Position numbers and translations under genes: made by a program. The notes under the pieces were generated by a model. It saw only the letters and a program-made list of their open reading frames with translations, made no database searches and had not been told where the DNA came from. From the NCBI RefSeq assembly GCF_009914755.1, contig NC_060927.1: a stretch of DNA of 64,000 nt, one strand, 5' to 3'. Origin of the DNA: the human T2T-CHM13v2.0 reference genome, Homo sapiens. Below, piece after piece: positions 1 through 15,279 of this stretch; position 1 is the first letter of the stretch; every line of letters starts with the position of its first letter.

Positions 1-900
1 AATGTATCTTCTTTGTATTATGTTTTAAGTGTAGAATAGACAGTTTTTGTTCAATCAACATAATTAATAGCTGATGGTCCTGATGATACAGTTTAAGAAT
101 CTTTGAGGGTTTTTAAAATTTTAGCAAAATTGTAATGGCTTAAAAAATACCACCCACCTTATAAATTAACACTCTTTACTGGATGATTATGTATCCATTT
201 GGCAAAATGTAATCAAAATGTTATGTGAGGTAAATTCTATAAGGAGTTGTTCTTTCAATTTGGAGATCTGATTAATGACTTATCGAGGGTAACAGAATGT
301 GGATAAAGGGACAGTAGATATTAACTATTATTATTATTTTCTTTGGAGGGAGAAAAAACAATTTCTGAATAAATGTGCAGCATCAAGTGAATTTTTAAAA
401 TGAAGCCATGTTAAAAATAGTTTGATGCTATTGCTTTTATGTATACAGTTTTATATTTTGTATGCATATGTATTTGTAGTCTTTTGCCAGCAATTGTAAC
501 ATACACATACATATACATACAATACAGAAATATTCCTTATTTTGTAAAGATGTGTGTGCATGGGGGGAGGGTTAGTGCTGTGTTTTTCCATTGCATGGAA
601 TAGAATGTGTCTTGCTGTAGGACTTGGATAAACGTCTGGCTGCTTCTCTTCGCCTGGGGAGTCACATGAATGTCCACAGTTGCCAAAGTGCTTTGGGATC
701 ACTTAGGCTAAAAGATGCTATTTATTGTGAAGCTATCTCATTTCATTCCCAAGGGAATTTCATCATCTTGTATTTGTGAAAACTGTCAGTGTGTCTTTCT
801 CAAAATGTAATTATCTGAAAGAAACAAACCAACACAGAGTGGACCTCTTGTCTTCAAAGTCATTTTATTAAGAGTAAATTAGACTGGAAAAATGATTGCC

Positions 901-956
901 TAAAATGCATTTTCAATAGATTGCTGTCTAAAATGCATTTTCAATAGATTGCTGTC
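901..956. repeat. Perfect 28-bp tandem duplication
   Basis: TAAAATGCATTTTCAATAGATTGCTGTC at 901-928 and 929-956. Confidence 0.95.
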
Positions 957-2545
957 AGGCTTGCTACCTGTCAAACAGAGAGGCCTGAAGTTTCATAGTG
1001 ACATATGGATTAGCCCAGTCTTCCCTACAGGGTGAAAACAAAAGACAATTGGTGATGCATGGGGCAAACTCATCTTAAAACAGAGATATCAACAAAGGAA
1101 TATGACAGCATGAAAAGACAGAGTGCAGTCTGCTGTCCACATTCGCAAAGAGATTCTGTCTGAATCCATAACTTCAATACACTAAGAGACAGAAAAAGAG
1201 AAAATACACATTAAGTATAATTGTTTATCGGGTACTTCATTTTAACAAATGCTGAATTTCATTCTCTAAATGGAAAACAAGTGGGAACAATGGATAGAAT
1301 GAATGACATTATAAAAAGTTATTACAAAGAGCCATATGAAATTAGAGTTATTTGATTTAAAAAAAATCATTCCTCATAGAGACTTGAATGTTCAAATTTC
1401 TCATCCACCAATCAATTTGAAAAGAAAGGCTTAAACTCACAAAAGAATCTCAAGAGCAAAACCTTTTCCAGGTTAGAGCTTAACTAAACTGGTGAGGTCA
1501 TTTAGTTCAGAGTTGGCTTGGGGAAAAAGTACATATCAAAGTTGAAGAAAATCCTACAGATCTGCTTAGGTCTGGGAAAATACAGTATGGATTTTTTTTT
1601 TTTAACATCCCATGTGAACAATTACATAGAACACTTGTCCGACCAGCAACTTTCAATTAAATAGAAATGAAAGTTACTCTAATAGCCATTTTAATCCATA
1701 TATCCTAAGGGACTCAACAAACAAGTGTAATAACACAATGCAAAATTTAGTAAAGGAAAATGGTGCATTGAATTACAGAAACTGCTGGCTTTCTAAGCTT
1801 GGGATTAGATGCTATAAAACCAAAGTAAGGTTGTTTTGTAGTTACACAGTACTCACTGGAGAACCATGCAGAGCTCAGTAGTAAAAATTCAGCAAAGGGC
1901 ACCTTTGGCTTATTATATATCCTGAAAGAATTTGCTAAGGGACAGGGGTCAGTGATGACTGTTGGGTTTTTTGTTGTTGTTTTGGTTTCGTTTTTGTTTT
2001 TAACCATCGCCTGTATGATGGTTTCCTTTCCTGGAGACAGTGCTAACTCTACAAAAGGGATAGGCAGCTCCCTATAGAGGGTCATTTAAGGAGAGCTGAA
2101 AGGCCCATTGCGGTGCCATGGTGCCGAAAACTCCTGTGATTAGTCATGCCTTTAAGGCCTACCAGAAAATTGTGTTAAGTTTTTATGGGTATTTTATATA
2201 AAGTGGAAGTGGGACATATCTTTTAGTTAACATATTAGTATAATTCAGTATATATGTCCTAAAAGTTTGAAAAACATGGCAAATGAGTTTTGGGGGTGGT
2301 CTTAGGCTATGCCAGAGGACACAATATGAGACACTACCTCAGAGATCATGAGGGTTTGGAGAGGGCTGAGGATATTAGAATTCAGCAGAGCAGTAGCAAA
2401 AAATAAGGGACATCAATGAAAGCATTTTTCAAATGTACAATTTTGCCTTAAACAGAGTTCTACCTAGATAATTTAGGTCATTGATATTTGCTTTAGCACC
2501 ACACAGGGTTAAAAGTGCATAGAAAATTGCATATGACAGAAATAA

Positions 2546-2965
<420 letters not shown>

Positions 2966-3139
2966 TAATGTTTCGCTTTTCCAAGAGCCCATGGAAAGCA
3001 GCTTCTGTTTCACATTTTTGAAATATAAACTCACAACCCTGAAACCTCAGTGTGTACTCTTCTAATATAATTATTGCTGATTTTGTTGCTGTTAGATTTG
3101 TTCTTGTACGAGTGTCATTGGTTACACTATTATCTCAGC

Positions 3140-3630
3140 ATTAACACAGTGTGTCCAATAAAATTCTTTTCACCTACATAAAACAGATCATAGTTGATTA
3201 TCCAAATAAGGGTTTATTTTGCTCTCATAGAAAATAACCCAGGGATCAGCCAGACATCCAGGACTGTTACAGTGACTCTTGCTGCTATCAGGGTTTAGAT
3301 GGGTCTCTCCTTCTGCTCCTCTGTTTTTGATATGTGACTTTCATCTACCCAGTCATCTCATAGATCCAAGATGCTCGACCCCTAGCCTTCCCTGAGTATT
3401 ACAGATGCAAGAAGAAGAAAGCAACAGGGAGAAAAGATGATACTTATCAGGAAAGACAAGACTCTCCCAGATAGCCAAGTTATCTTCCGCTTATATTTTG
3501 TTACCCAGAAATGTGCCTAATGACCACCACTACCTTGAGGGTGCTGGGAAAATATAGTTTTATTTGGTTGAAAAACCAATGTTCTGTTTGTATGGAAGAA
3601 GGAGAGACTATAAATATCTATGAAGGAACT
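3140..3630 (-). mobile_element. Old MaLR LTR remnant (MLT1J/K/L-like)
   Basis: Degenerate resemblance to MLT1 consensus; boundaries approximate. Confidence 0.45.
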
Positions 3631-4039
3631 GACAGATTCTATCCCAGACTGATAGCTCAAAGAGCGCACATAGAATGGAATGGGAAAATACATTCTTAAA
3701 AGGATCCAATATTTAACTGCTTGGGATATAAAAAATTTCTATATTGGAGGGAAATGTGGACCAATGGAAGGATGATTGAAAATTTACTTGAGGATGTGAA
3801 GAAGTTAGTGTTTAACCCAAGTGCACTAAAAAAGTTTTTTTTTTTTAATTTTAAAAAGACTTAAGGTTGACTTGTGTGGAATGAAGGAAGAGGGGCATGA
3901 AAGAATACTAAAGTGAAAGAACAGAAAAAGACAATCATGGCTTGTTTCTTCATTATGTTTGAAAACAAAAGATGAGCAGGTGAATTTTACCTGTCTGCAC
4001 CACACACAGAGCGTAATTATTAAGAGCAATGGCAGACAG

Positions 4040-4430
4040 AAGTGGTTAGTTGGGTCTTCTTGACACTTTTCTAACTGTGTGACTTGGCCAAGTTACTTAG
4101 CTTCTATCCCCAAGTCTCATTTAGCAAGACAATAACTAATCCAAACTCATTGGCTTGCAGGATTACGTGATACAATGCTGAATACATAGCAATCAAAATA
4201 TGTTAAATGTCAGCGGCAGCAGCATAAATATAATCACTAGTATTATGGCTACAGAACTGGGAATTACGTTGTTGATCCTGGCCCAAACTTCAAAGCTCTT
4301 CTGTGTGATCTTGGATAAGTCATTTAATTCTATATCCAGTTTTTTTTTTTTCTTCAGTAAAATGAATGTATAATACCAAACTTATGGGCTGGTTATAACA
4401 AGCAAATAACAGAGTTCGGAAAAATTCTTT
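4040..4430 (+). mobile_element. Two adjacent MIR fragments
   Basis: MIR core motifs CTGTGTGACTTGGCCAAGTTACTTAGC (~4075) and CTGTGTGATCTTGGATAAGTCATTTAA (~4301). Confidence 0.7.
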
Positions 4431-6739
4431 AAATAGGGAAGAATTACATCCAAATTTAGATATTATTAGTGTTACCTTACCATCTGTACTTCCCCCTTTT
4501 CTATTTACCACTTTTTTTCTTCCCTACTTCCTATTGACTCCCTCAGATGAAATTGGCAAAAGATGTGGTAGATAATACTTGAGATCTTTCTAAAAATTAC
4601 ATTTGATAAGTATGAATGGTATTCCTTCAATCTGCAGCCACTAGAACTCAAATATTTATCTGCAAGAAACTGAACCATGATCTAAAACCTTTCTTGTGAT
4701 TTTCAGCTCAATGGAAAAATTATGTTTTTAAGCTGTGTATGCCAAAGACCAACATACTCTTCTGACATGCTACATGTTCTAAGTTCTTCCTTTCAACTTT
4801 GGAAGGTATTAAAATTGCCTGCCTTTGTAATAAACAATTCCTGTTAAAAACTGTCTCTGTTTGGAGAGTCCCTGGGGATAATATGCAGATTATCTGCCTC
4901 TGATGGTGGGAGTTGTCACTGATCTCCATTACCACCTGCCTCAGGCCTTGGAGCAATTCCATATGCAGTTGGCCTTAAATGCACCACAGTCCCCACTTGC
5001 ATTGTCAGCTTTAGTCACTTTAAATGGTCTCCAGTAAGTACTTAAGAATAGCTTCAGTAGGGTATTCCTGATTTTTAGAGCTTAGATAGATTCCAACACG
5101 TATCTTTTATGCCTCCCGCGTTATTTTCTATTTGTGCAATATACAGACTTTCTATTCCAATTTTCCATAATTGTACTTAAGGGACACTTAGTATTTGAAA
5201 ACAGCTTTTTCCAAATTGATGCAACAGATTTTTGCTTTTTTGCCATTAATTCTAAACCTTTAAAATGAAGCTGAGTAATGGCTGGCATTCTTCTTTTTTA
5301 TGTGTTAAAAATTAAAGTTCTTTATATGGGGCTTCAGCTCTTCAATATATTCCTTTTTTCTATCCTTCTTTTTTATTCCTCTTGTATAAAATATACTAAT
5401 ATCACCCAGAATGTCAGCTGGTACTTAGATCAATCACATGAGCACCATCAACTTGATGTGGTCTCTATGGTTTGGATCGAGTTCTCAAGAATACAGGTGT
5501 AGGGAATTCTGTTGACTGAATGCCAAGGAAGTGGTTTACAATTAGAAAATTCACCAGAGGTTTATTCATAAATAAGAAGGCCAACATATTAACTTTGTGA
5601 TACAAAATATTTTTTATCATGACCACAATATTTATGACTAGTTAGCAGGCCTACCGGTAACATTTGTGGGGCCTGAGGCAAGAGTGCGAATCAAGAAACC
5701 ATTAACAAACCATTTAAGTGTTTACAAATTATAAATTAATTTATTATTGATTAAAATATGTTCTGTCTTCCTATTTTGACAAACATACCTTCATTATGAT
5801 CTAGAAGGACAGTTAGAATTATAATTCTCAGCTTTCCTTGTGAGGAGGAGCCAGCCGCATGGCCCCTGGCCTCCATGCCTGTGCTCTTCAGCTAGCTGCC
5901 CATCTCTTTTTATAACTGGTTGTTTCCTTTTATTTCCCAGGACTCTCACATTCATGTTGTGAACAGGCTGTATAAGCATAAGTTCAATCGATACTAAGAG
6001 TGAACAGCCACCCACTGGCCACTCCTCTCCCTGCCTTTGGGAGGTGGGACCCAAGGAAGAGGTGGTACAGATGTTTGAGTCAAACTTGAAGCCATTGGAG
6101 CAGGGACCTGTAGAATCTCAGGTACCCAGCTCATGATGCTAGAAGCAGGTCAATCCTTTACCCATGGATGTGTTCAGAGGAGGGCCAGAGTGGGGCACTA
6201 AAGCACAGGGCCCAGGGGAAGGGCTTCTTGCCAGGTTCTAAGAATGGATTGAATATCAAAGTGTCTGGGATGTTAAACTGTCATTGGTAGATAGCTTGGG
6301 GAGTGGGAGAAGACATTAAGTGGGAAATAAAAGTCTTTAGGGACATTTTCAAGGCCACGAAAAGGCCTGATAGACTTTTCAACTCCACAAATAAATCAAC
6401 TCTCTAAAGAACAAAAATATGCATGCTTGTTGGTTTCATTCTCTCTCTCTCTCTTCCTATCCTCTCACTTCCCCTCTACCTCCACTCCACCTAGAGGGCT
6501 TTATATAGACGGTCAAATACTTGTTTCCAAAAAAGGTGCAAAATTCATTCAGTTAAGGTAACAAATTTTAAGTCTGTAATCTTGACATTCTTTTGAGTTA
6601 CCTTATCTGGATCTGGAGCTGTTCTCTCAACCTCTTAGTCACCTGTTCTTAGGAATTTCCTGGACTTAAAAGTCCTTGCTTAAAGTCCTCACTGGTATTA
6701 TTAAATAAACATTTCAAGTTCATCACAAGAACAGTCTAC

Positions 6740-6937
6740 AGCAATGGTTCTCAAACTATAGCAAGCATCAAAGTCATTTGGATGACTTGTGAAACACAGA
6801 TTTCTGACGCCATTCCTTATCTTCTGGTTCAGTACATCTGAGTGGGAGTTGAGGGGGCATGAATTTGCATCTCTATCAAATTTCCAGGTGATACTGATGC
6901 TGCTGATCAGAGGGAACACTTTTGAAAACCACTGCTC
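6740..6937. mobile_element. MER5A (hAT-Charlie MITE)
   Basis: CAATGGTTCTCAAACT...TTTGAAAACCACTG termini; internal ATTTGCATCTCTATCAAATTTCCAGGTGATACTGATGCTGCTG. Confidence 0.85.
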
Positions 6938-7019
6938 TTCATGTATGCTGTCACTTCTCCCCTTCTAGTCCACTCTTCCGTTTAGCATAATCTATCTCGG
7001 AACTTAACCATCCACTGAC

Positions 7020-7480
7020 TTTGCTCTGATCAGAATCACCAATCTTCTCCTAATGGCTAACTCTAATGAACACTTCCATTGTCCAGTAAACTCTTAGAAA
7101 GATTCCTATGCATTTGATGTGATTAATTACTGTTTCTATATTGCATTTTCTTTGAGTTTTATGTCTTAACAACTTTTGCTCTTCTGCTTCCCCGGATGCT
7201 ATGCTTTCCTTGTTGAACCCTCCACCTGGAAGTCTTCTACTCAGTCATCTTTCTAAACTGGTGCCCAGTGTCACCTACTCAAAGACACAATTTCTTTTCT
7301 TGTCCTAGAAACATAAATGACCCTTTCTTTTTCTTTCCTATTTGGCTCTATTTATGCTTATATCATTCCCTCTGTAACATCTGTAATGGGATATGTTTAT
7401 CAGTCTCCTCCCTCAGGGAGAATCTTGACAAGTTTTTGTTTTGTTCTCCCAACTATCGATACACAGTAGATGTGAGGACC
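7020..7480 (+). mobile_element. L2 fragments
   Basis: Degenerate pyrimidine-rich L2 3' region motifs. Confidence 0.4.
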
Positions 7481-8592
7481 TCCTAGGTACCAGTGGCCAC
7501 TCTCATTCTTTGGGGTGTAACAAAAGTATGTCCATATGAGGTACATAAAAAGGATGAAGCCAAGTCTTTGCGTCAGGACAGATGTCAACTTCTTTGTGGT
7601 CACCTGATAAAATGCTGACTGCTCATAAAGGAAAACTCTCTTCAGATGCAATTGCCAGTAGGAGAAACTGCTTGCATTATCTTGGGAGTATGTAGTCTGA
7701 GTATGAAAATTCAGCTCCCTTTCAGCTTCCAGGTGCCTAAACAATGTCATGGTTGCCCTTTCCTGAAAATGTTTTTTATTTTGCCTGGCTTTAACAGGTT
7801 TGGCCCACTCTTTTCTTTCTCACTAAACTCTCTGCTCTCATTCTCTCCCCTTTCATCTCTCCTCTCTGCTTCAGAAAAGGAGAATCTTTCAAGCAAATGT
7901 TTTATCCATTATAGGAGTTCAGTATGTCCTCAAGGCTTAAATCTTTGGAAGTGAAGTCAGAAAAAAAGGCAGACTCTTTTTTTTATGTCTTTGCTTTCAC
8001 CCAATTACATTGCCCTTCTGGGTAATATACTCAGCACGGAGCAGGTGCTTCTCTGTAGGGTGAAGGTGGGAAATAGACTATGTGCAAAAGGAAAATATGT
8101 TGGTGACTATGTAAAAACAGCCTAGGATTCAATCCACCGTCCTGCTAAAGAACTTGACTATAACCATTCTGGGGAATTCTGTGCTATTCATCTGCGTAGC
8201 TACCTTGCCTGTCACCCATTGTGCCTGCCATGTTTACTAAAAGATCAGGAGTTAATATCACTTTACAAAAAATAATAGCCTATTGCTACCATCTTTAGGA
8301 GAATTTCAGAGACTATACAGTTAACGCCTAACATTAATTTGCCCTTGGGGCTTTAATTCAGCAGGTATGAAAAGAGCCTCTTGAATAATTATTCCCTCCC
8401 TCCTCCAAAGGCCTATTTCTCCAAAAAATCCAGGGTCAGGAGCAGCAGCAGGAATGCCAGCAGCAGCCACATATATGCAAGTCAAGCTTCTCTCCATCTG
8501 CTTCCTCCTTAGGGAAAATCTAATGCTAAAATGACTTTCTAAGGGGAGGAAGCACAGCTGCTGTCACCACCATCTTTGTAGAGTCTCAGAAA

Positions 8593-8595
8593 ACA

Positions 8596-8626
<31 letters not shown>

Positions 8627-8627
8627 C
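8593..8627. repeat. (CA)n microsatellite, interrupted
   Basis: ~17 CA units with one TA interruption. Confidence 0.95.
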
Positions 8628-10609
8628 AAAAAACTCCTCTTCCCCTAAGCTCTGGTTGCTTTTGGACACATCTTGAATGACAGTGATGACTCACTTTGCC
8701 GCTGGGATGCCGGCTCCAACAGCACCTCCTTTGTGGCTCTGGCCCCCATCCCATTTGTCTTCTGGCCCTGGGAACCAGAGAGACAGGACTATTTCTATTT
8801 CAGGCATCTGTGTTTCTGATCAAGCTGGTGTTTTAGGCCAATTTAAGTGTGAGTAAGAAGTACTTCGCATTTCTCTGAAGTCGTGCTATCACTTGGGCAA
8901 TGGGCAGAGAAGCAGGTGCTGATGCTGAAATGCTTGACTCAGAGGGCAGAGAATTCTGGAAGGAAATGCCATCCCTATATTTGAAAGTCCTGGTGTAATT
9001 CAGGGGTCTTAGGTGGAAGAAGACTTTGGACAAATCTGGCAAATCTTCATATTTCTCTCTCTAAAAATAAAATGATATCTAAATAAAATCACTTTTTATT
9101 TCTCTAGCTTTGAAAATATGATTATAGGTTGTCTGAATAGTCTCAGTTTTTCTTAACTTTAGTTTACTCATCTATATTGAGGTCCTGATGTTCCAGAGAA
9201 GCTCCAACTTTAAAATTTTTAATTTTATATCAATAACTATTATCTTCTTCTGTTTCTTTCATGTAATTTTATTGCTCTCAAAAATTAATTATAATTTATT
9301 TGGTTTTAAGGTACAGCCTGGACACCTGTAATTATTCCAGTCCTGCCCAGGTGATTCTCTTTTACAGTTAGGGCTGAGATCCACTGATTGTGAAGCTGTA
9401 AGGCTACCTCACCTGAAAGTATTATTTGATGAGTCTGAGATTTGCTAACAACTTACAGTATAATCTATTGATGGATATCTTGCTTCATATTGTAATAGTA
9501 TGCAGTTGGCATTTTTAATTTAACTTTATAATTTACTTCAGTACAAAGATATATTGAAATTAGAATATATGGCTAAATGGATTGTTTCCTTGTGACTGCA
9601 TAACACTATGATATCTTACATTTGTATGGTTCTTTACATCTTAGCAACAGCTTTTATGTAATTTTATTTGATTCCAAAACAATTCCACCTAGTAATTGTG
9701 CTGGTATTTGTAATGAAATAGGGTCACTATTTCTGGAATGCTTCATAAGGAATGTTATTAACCAAGTGGCTTCTATCTCTGCACCCAGTCCATCCTATGG
9801 TCCCAGTAAAAGGTCAGAGTCAGGGTTGTAAAATAGGAACGACATCTGAAAAACATGAAGAAGTATAAATCCTGCCTGTGCTACCCTATGTGAGTGGGAG
9901 GAAGAAAGAGCTAAGACATGAAGGGAGGTAACTGATCAGACAGGTGTGTGTGCTTTCCTTTCTCTGGGTTGCAAACCCAGGAGGGCATCTGGTAGAGTGG
10001 TAGTCATCGAGGGGAAATCTGAAAACAGAGCTTTACACTGGCCTCCAATTGGAATGTAGGGATAGAGTAAACGTGGGATCAGGACATGTACAGAAGGATG
10101 CAGATGTTCTCTAGGCTCCTACAAAGAAAGCAGAAGTTAGCTCAGTTGAGAGCCATTAGGATTGCTCTGAGGCTACAGGTTGGAGAATATGGGCAACACT
10201 TTGAGGGCTCTGCAAATCAGCAAGAGCCAAAGAAGGGCAAGTCATCAGTGGAGGGCAACTCCAAGTCCATTGTTGTTCTCCCTTAAACTCATGGAGACTA
10301 TTCCAGACTCTTGGACTACCTAACTGCCTCCTCCTTATCAAATTTTACCAAATTTATGTCTTGTCTATCCGGTCACTGGTCTAGATTAAGTGACAGATGG
10401 GAGATTTGATATAGCTGATTCTAATTGAGAGGAGTGAAATAGAAAGGCCATGTCATCAGACCAGCCTAGTCTGGTTCCAACAGTTTCTACTTGGGTCTCT
10501 TTAAACAAGTCACTTAATATCTCTCAGCTGAGAATTCTATCAGCATTTGACACTTACATCTAGCTCTTAGAGATGATCTGAAAATTAAACACATAACTCT
10601 GCTTGTCAC

Positions 10610-10710
10610 TTTTGGTCTTTTGGGGTCATTGCAGCAGCTCCAATGCCTAAAGCAGAGTCTAGTTGTTAGTAAGCACAAAATATGCAATTGTTGAATCAAT
10701 TGAATGAATG
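10610..10710 (+). mobile_element. L2 3' end
   Basis: Ends TGTTGAATCAATTGAATGAATG, resembling the L2 tail. Confidence 0.6.
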
Positions 10711-11350
10711 TCTTAGCTAGAAAACTTTTAGTAACAAGTGGTAGAAATCCCAACTCAAATTTCCTTCAAAATGAAGAAATACATTGGATAACAAAATTGA
10801 GAAAGTGTAGATGTTTGTCAGTGGTCAGATATGGTTGAATTGGTGGCTCTCCTTCTTTGGGATTCTTTATATTTTGCCTTCCTGCCTGAGCTGGCTTCTT
10901 CCTCATACAAGTACTGACATGGCTACAAGAGCTTTAGGACTTAAAATGCACAAAGAAAATTCAGAGGAAAAAAGGCCATTTGGGGTGGCTTTCTTTTTGA
11001 AATGAGAAAATGTCTTTCCCAGAACTCCCATGAAACCTAACTTCATGCCAATTTGGTCACTTGACCAAATTGTAATGCATGCCCGTTAGTGAGCCAAGTC
11101 TATGGCCTAAGTAACATCTTTCACTAGGTGGTCCATGGTTGGGCTCCCAAGCCAGTCACTTACGAGGACAATGGGATTACCCTTAGAACAATCAGCCTCT
11201 GAAGCTAGCAGTGGGGTGCGCTCTGCCTGAAGGGCATATTTTATGTATGGAATGGGAGTGGTGGATACTTGAACCCAAATTAGGGTGCTTTTTGGAAGGA
11301 GAAAATGGATGCTGGGATGGAGCAGGATGCAATCAACTTCTGTTTACTGC
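10710..11350 (-). mobile_element. MLT1K/L-like MaLR LTR
   Basis: AACAAGTGGTAGAAATCCCAACTCAAAT start and GAAAATGGATGCTGGG end motifs. Confidence 0.55.
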
Positions 11351-11725
11351 AATATGTAAATACCAGTCAGCATATTTGACATGCAGTGGACTCTCAATTA
11401 ATACTCCATTTCTCTTATAAATAGGACTTGTGTAAAGATTTAAAGAAAGTGATCAAGTTATTAAGTGGTAGCCAGTCAACAGTTTAGTGGGATTGGGGAA
11501 GAATGGAGCATATATCAGTCAATGTCCCTACAGCAAATATATAGCACATTCAAATGAGGGAACTGAAAAGAATTTTAATAAAGGACTATTTACAAAACAA
11601 AGGGAACCAACCAGGAATAGATAAACACTGCCGTGGTAGCAATGAGAGGCATGTTACTAACCCTAAGTCTAAGGCGCCAAGGGGGGCACTTAGTAATAAA
11701 CCTGGAACCTGGAAGGAGTTGCTGT

Positions 11726-11935
11726 CAGTTGTTTTCAATGGTGGGGTGGTGGGTAGGAGGAGATTTTGCTCCTTGGGGGACATCTGGCAATGTCTGGAAA
11801 CATTTTGGATTGCCCTGACTGAGTGGATCTTGTTGGCACCTTGTGCGGAGAGGCCAGGAATGTTGCTAAACAGATGCATACAATGAACAACTATCCGGCT
11901 CAAGATGTCAATAGTGTGAAGGTTTAGAAACCTTG
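11726..11935. mobile_element. MER20 (hAT-Charlie)
   Basis: GATTTTGCTCCTTGGGGGACATCTGGCAATGTCTGGAAACATTTTGG and GAGGCCAGGAATGTTGCTAAAC. Confidence 0.85.
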
Positions 11936-12907
11936 TACTAGAGAAAGTATTGTGAAAACAGAGGGCTGCTGAGAGTGTGAACTTTTTATATAACCCTAGG
12001 CAACTTGAGGCAAAGCGAAAGTTGTGGCATGAGATATCGGACCTCCCTCCCGCCTGCCTGCCCATATCCCAGTGACTCTCACTGGGCAACCCTAACCTGA
12101 AGCTAGAGAGCAAGGAATTCCACTGATTCAGACTATGAATCTCAGCCTCACAGACACAGAGTAGGGTAGATAAGAGTAGTGGACTTGGAGAGGCAAAGGA
12201 AAAACATCCAGTGCAGGGGATGAGTTGGGATGTGGGTCAAAACCATCAAATATGGATAACTTTATATGGCTCAACCTTCTACTGGAATTGGAAGGTGGGC
12301 AAGTAAGATAGAGGTGCAATAAAAGGGAAAGTTTAAGTGCTTGATTCTGAGCTCTGTTTATATTTACAATTTTTTTTGAAGAGTTTTGAGACCATGAGCT
12401 AAATGAATATTTCCCAAAGTAGGTTCTGTGGAATGCTACTCTCTCATATATTTGTAGGTATTGTAAGGGGTCATGAAATGGCTTTTATCTAAATAGTTTG
12501 GGAAATGCTGCATTAAATAATATGAAAAAGAAATAATCAGAGAATTTGATATCTTAATATTCATGTAAATTTCCTGGAGAGAGAGAGATTTTAAACTTGT
12601 TCTCCCAGACCTTTGGACTCAGTGAGAAAACTGTTCATGAATTTTCTCATAAACTAGTGCTCTAGGTGGTATGCATTGGGAAATACAGGCATATATCTTG
12701 CTGAAAAAATGGATTTTGCTCAATTGCATCTGAAAGAGGAACAGAGAAGGGCATCAGGAAAAAGACATGAAGTAGCATACAAATATTTATTTCAATAACT
12801 GCATGGGATGTCAAAGATACTCAATGAATTGTAAGCTCTTTTCTTTAGCTCAGCAATTGTTTAACTGATCTTGGTGGACTTTGAAAATCTAACAGATTAG
12901 CCCAGCC

Positions 12908-13389
<482 letters not shown>

Positions 13390-13659
13390 AAACTCTATCA
13401 GATCAGGTTGGAGAACTAGCCTATTGTAGAGATGCATCATATGACTTTTCTCTTCTTTAGTTTTGGATAAGGATTGATAATTTATATTCAATGAATTAAT
13501 AAAACACAAATTCAAGGCTAACTTTTCTTCCATTTTATAGAGGCCTTGTTTTTGTAGTACCAGATGCATGAGGCAGGTGATCCATTAGATATGTCCTATG
13601 TCACAACCAAATTTTTTAGGTAACAAAAGGTTTTGAAACACAATGTAGCACATTTGCAG

Positions 13660-14150
13660 GTATTAACAGTTAGTACTTTTTCCATTGCCACTGACCAAAA
13701 ATTTACCTAAATGGACATAAACCTCAAAAGAACTCATTGGTTCACATAATGAAAAAGTTTACAGGTTGTATTGCCACTGGGTGAGTTTGATCCAGGTGAT
13801 CAAGTAATGTCAACACTTGATTTTTCTCTCTCTTTGCTCAGCCTTCTGCTTATTGGCTTTCTAAGTTAGTCTCACCATGTCCAGTCTCATAGCATCCTAA
13901 GCACTGATTGTACCAGCAATCCAAGCTATCATTGTATTTTATTGGCTTCAGCTGGATCATATGACAATGGTTTCCATGTGACTGTGGCCAGACAAATTCA
14001 ATGCTCTCATGGGCCAGCATTGACCACACACCCCACTCTGGCACCAGGGGTAGAGACTGCTCCATCCAAAGCACATAGTAGAAGGAGAAAAGAAAAAACC
14101 CACAGTGTTAAAATAATGAAAGCTTGGAGGCAAATAGAGCAGAGGTCTAC
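13660..14150 (-). mobile_element. MLT1J/K/L-like MaLR LTR
   Basis: Degenerate MLT1 motifs, e.g. CCCCACTCTGGCACCAGGGGTAGAGACTGCTCCATCCAAAGCACAT. Confidence 0.55.
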
Positions 14151-14186
14151 TTGAATAGGTACCCCTCCATAGGATAGTTCATCTCA

Positions 14187-14335
14187 TATTAGAACTAGAA
14201 AGGTCCTCAGAGTTCATCTAGTCCAACCTGTATAGAGGAGAAAACTAAAGGAAAGAGAAATTAAATAATTTTTCTAGGCTCACACAGCTATAGGCAAAAG
14301 GTAGATTAGGAACCAAAGATTTCTAATTTTTAGTT
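14187..14335 (-). mobile_element. MIR3/MIRc fragment
   Basis: AGAACTAGAAAGGTCCTCAGAGTTCATCTAGTCCAACC...GAGGAGAAAACTAAAG...GGCTCACACAGCTA. Confidence 0.7.
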
Positions 14336-15279
14336 TGGACTTTATTATATTTGACATTATATTCAAGCAAATAAAGGTACAGGCACACTTTGTGCAAGGC
14401 ACCTTGGACAAGAGGAAGAACGGTAAAGAAGTATGTCAAAGGACTTGCTGCTGGTCAGAAGTCTCACAGGATGCTGGCAGTAAGCCAGATCTAGACACCT
14501 TAATTCTTTATTCTGAATTTACAGTGGCCCTATTTTCTCATCCTTATATAGTTGGCAATATCTTTCTTCATGCTAATAAATGCCTGAGACACATATCAGG
14601 AAGCTCAGTTAGCATAAGGATACTTATGCCATTAAAACTGGGCCTTATATTATTAATCAATTAGTGTGCATGTCTGTGTAACTATTTAATTATAGCAGTC
14701 AGGTCACATAGATACACTATCCACTTTATGGAGCATGATCAGTATTACTTTTTATCCTCAGAATAATTTTATTAGTTTTGGTGACCGTAGAGTGCTGATG
14801 CTAATATTAGCTTCTTTTAAAATATTTCACAGTTAAAGCTTAATAGGCATCTTTGGTTCATGCCCTGAGGAGAAAACCTTCCTTTTCTGATCTCTAATAA
14901 GCATAATGCTAAGTTTCCAGGTAAAAACTATGAGGAATAGAAACAGGCCCTACCCTTGGAAGAACTGTGATGAGAAAAGTAATTTTACACTTGGTTCTTT
15001 TTCATTTCACCAGGCTTCTGCATTTCTTTATTTACCTTTTGGGTGCTGGTGCCCAATGCAGGGCTATCCTATAAAGCGGAAAGTTAACTATGTTGAAAAC
15101 CAAGTAAACCTACAATAGGGAAAGCCTATTTCTAATTGTGACAAAACTTACAACTCAATTCCTTAGGTGAATATTAGGTATCCTGCAGAGACTCTGGTGT
15201 ACTAAATACAATACTGATAACTGTTTGATGCATTTTTTAACGTTCTGACGCCAAAGTAGAGATCTCTCTTCTTTGCCTC

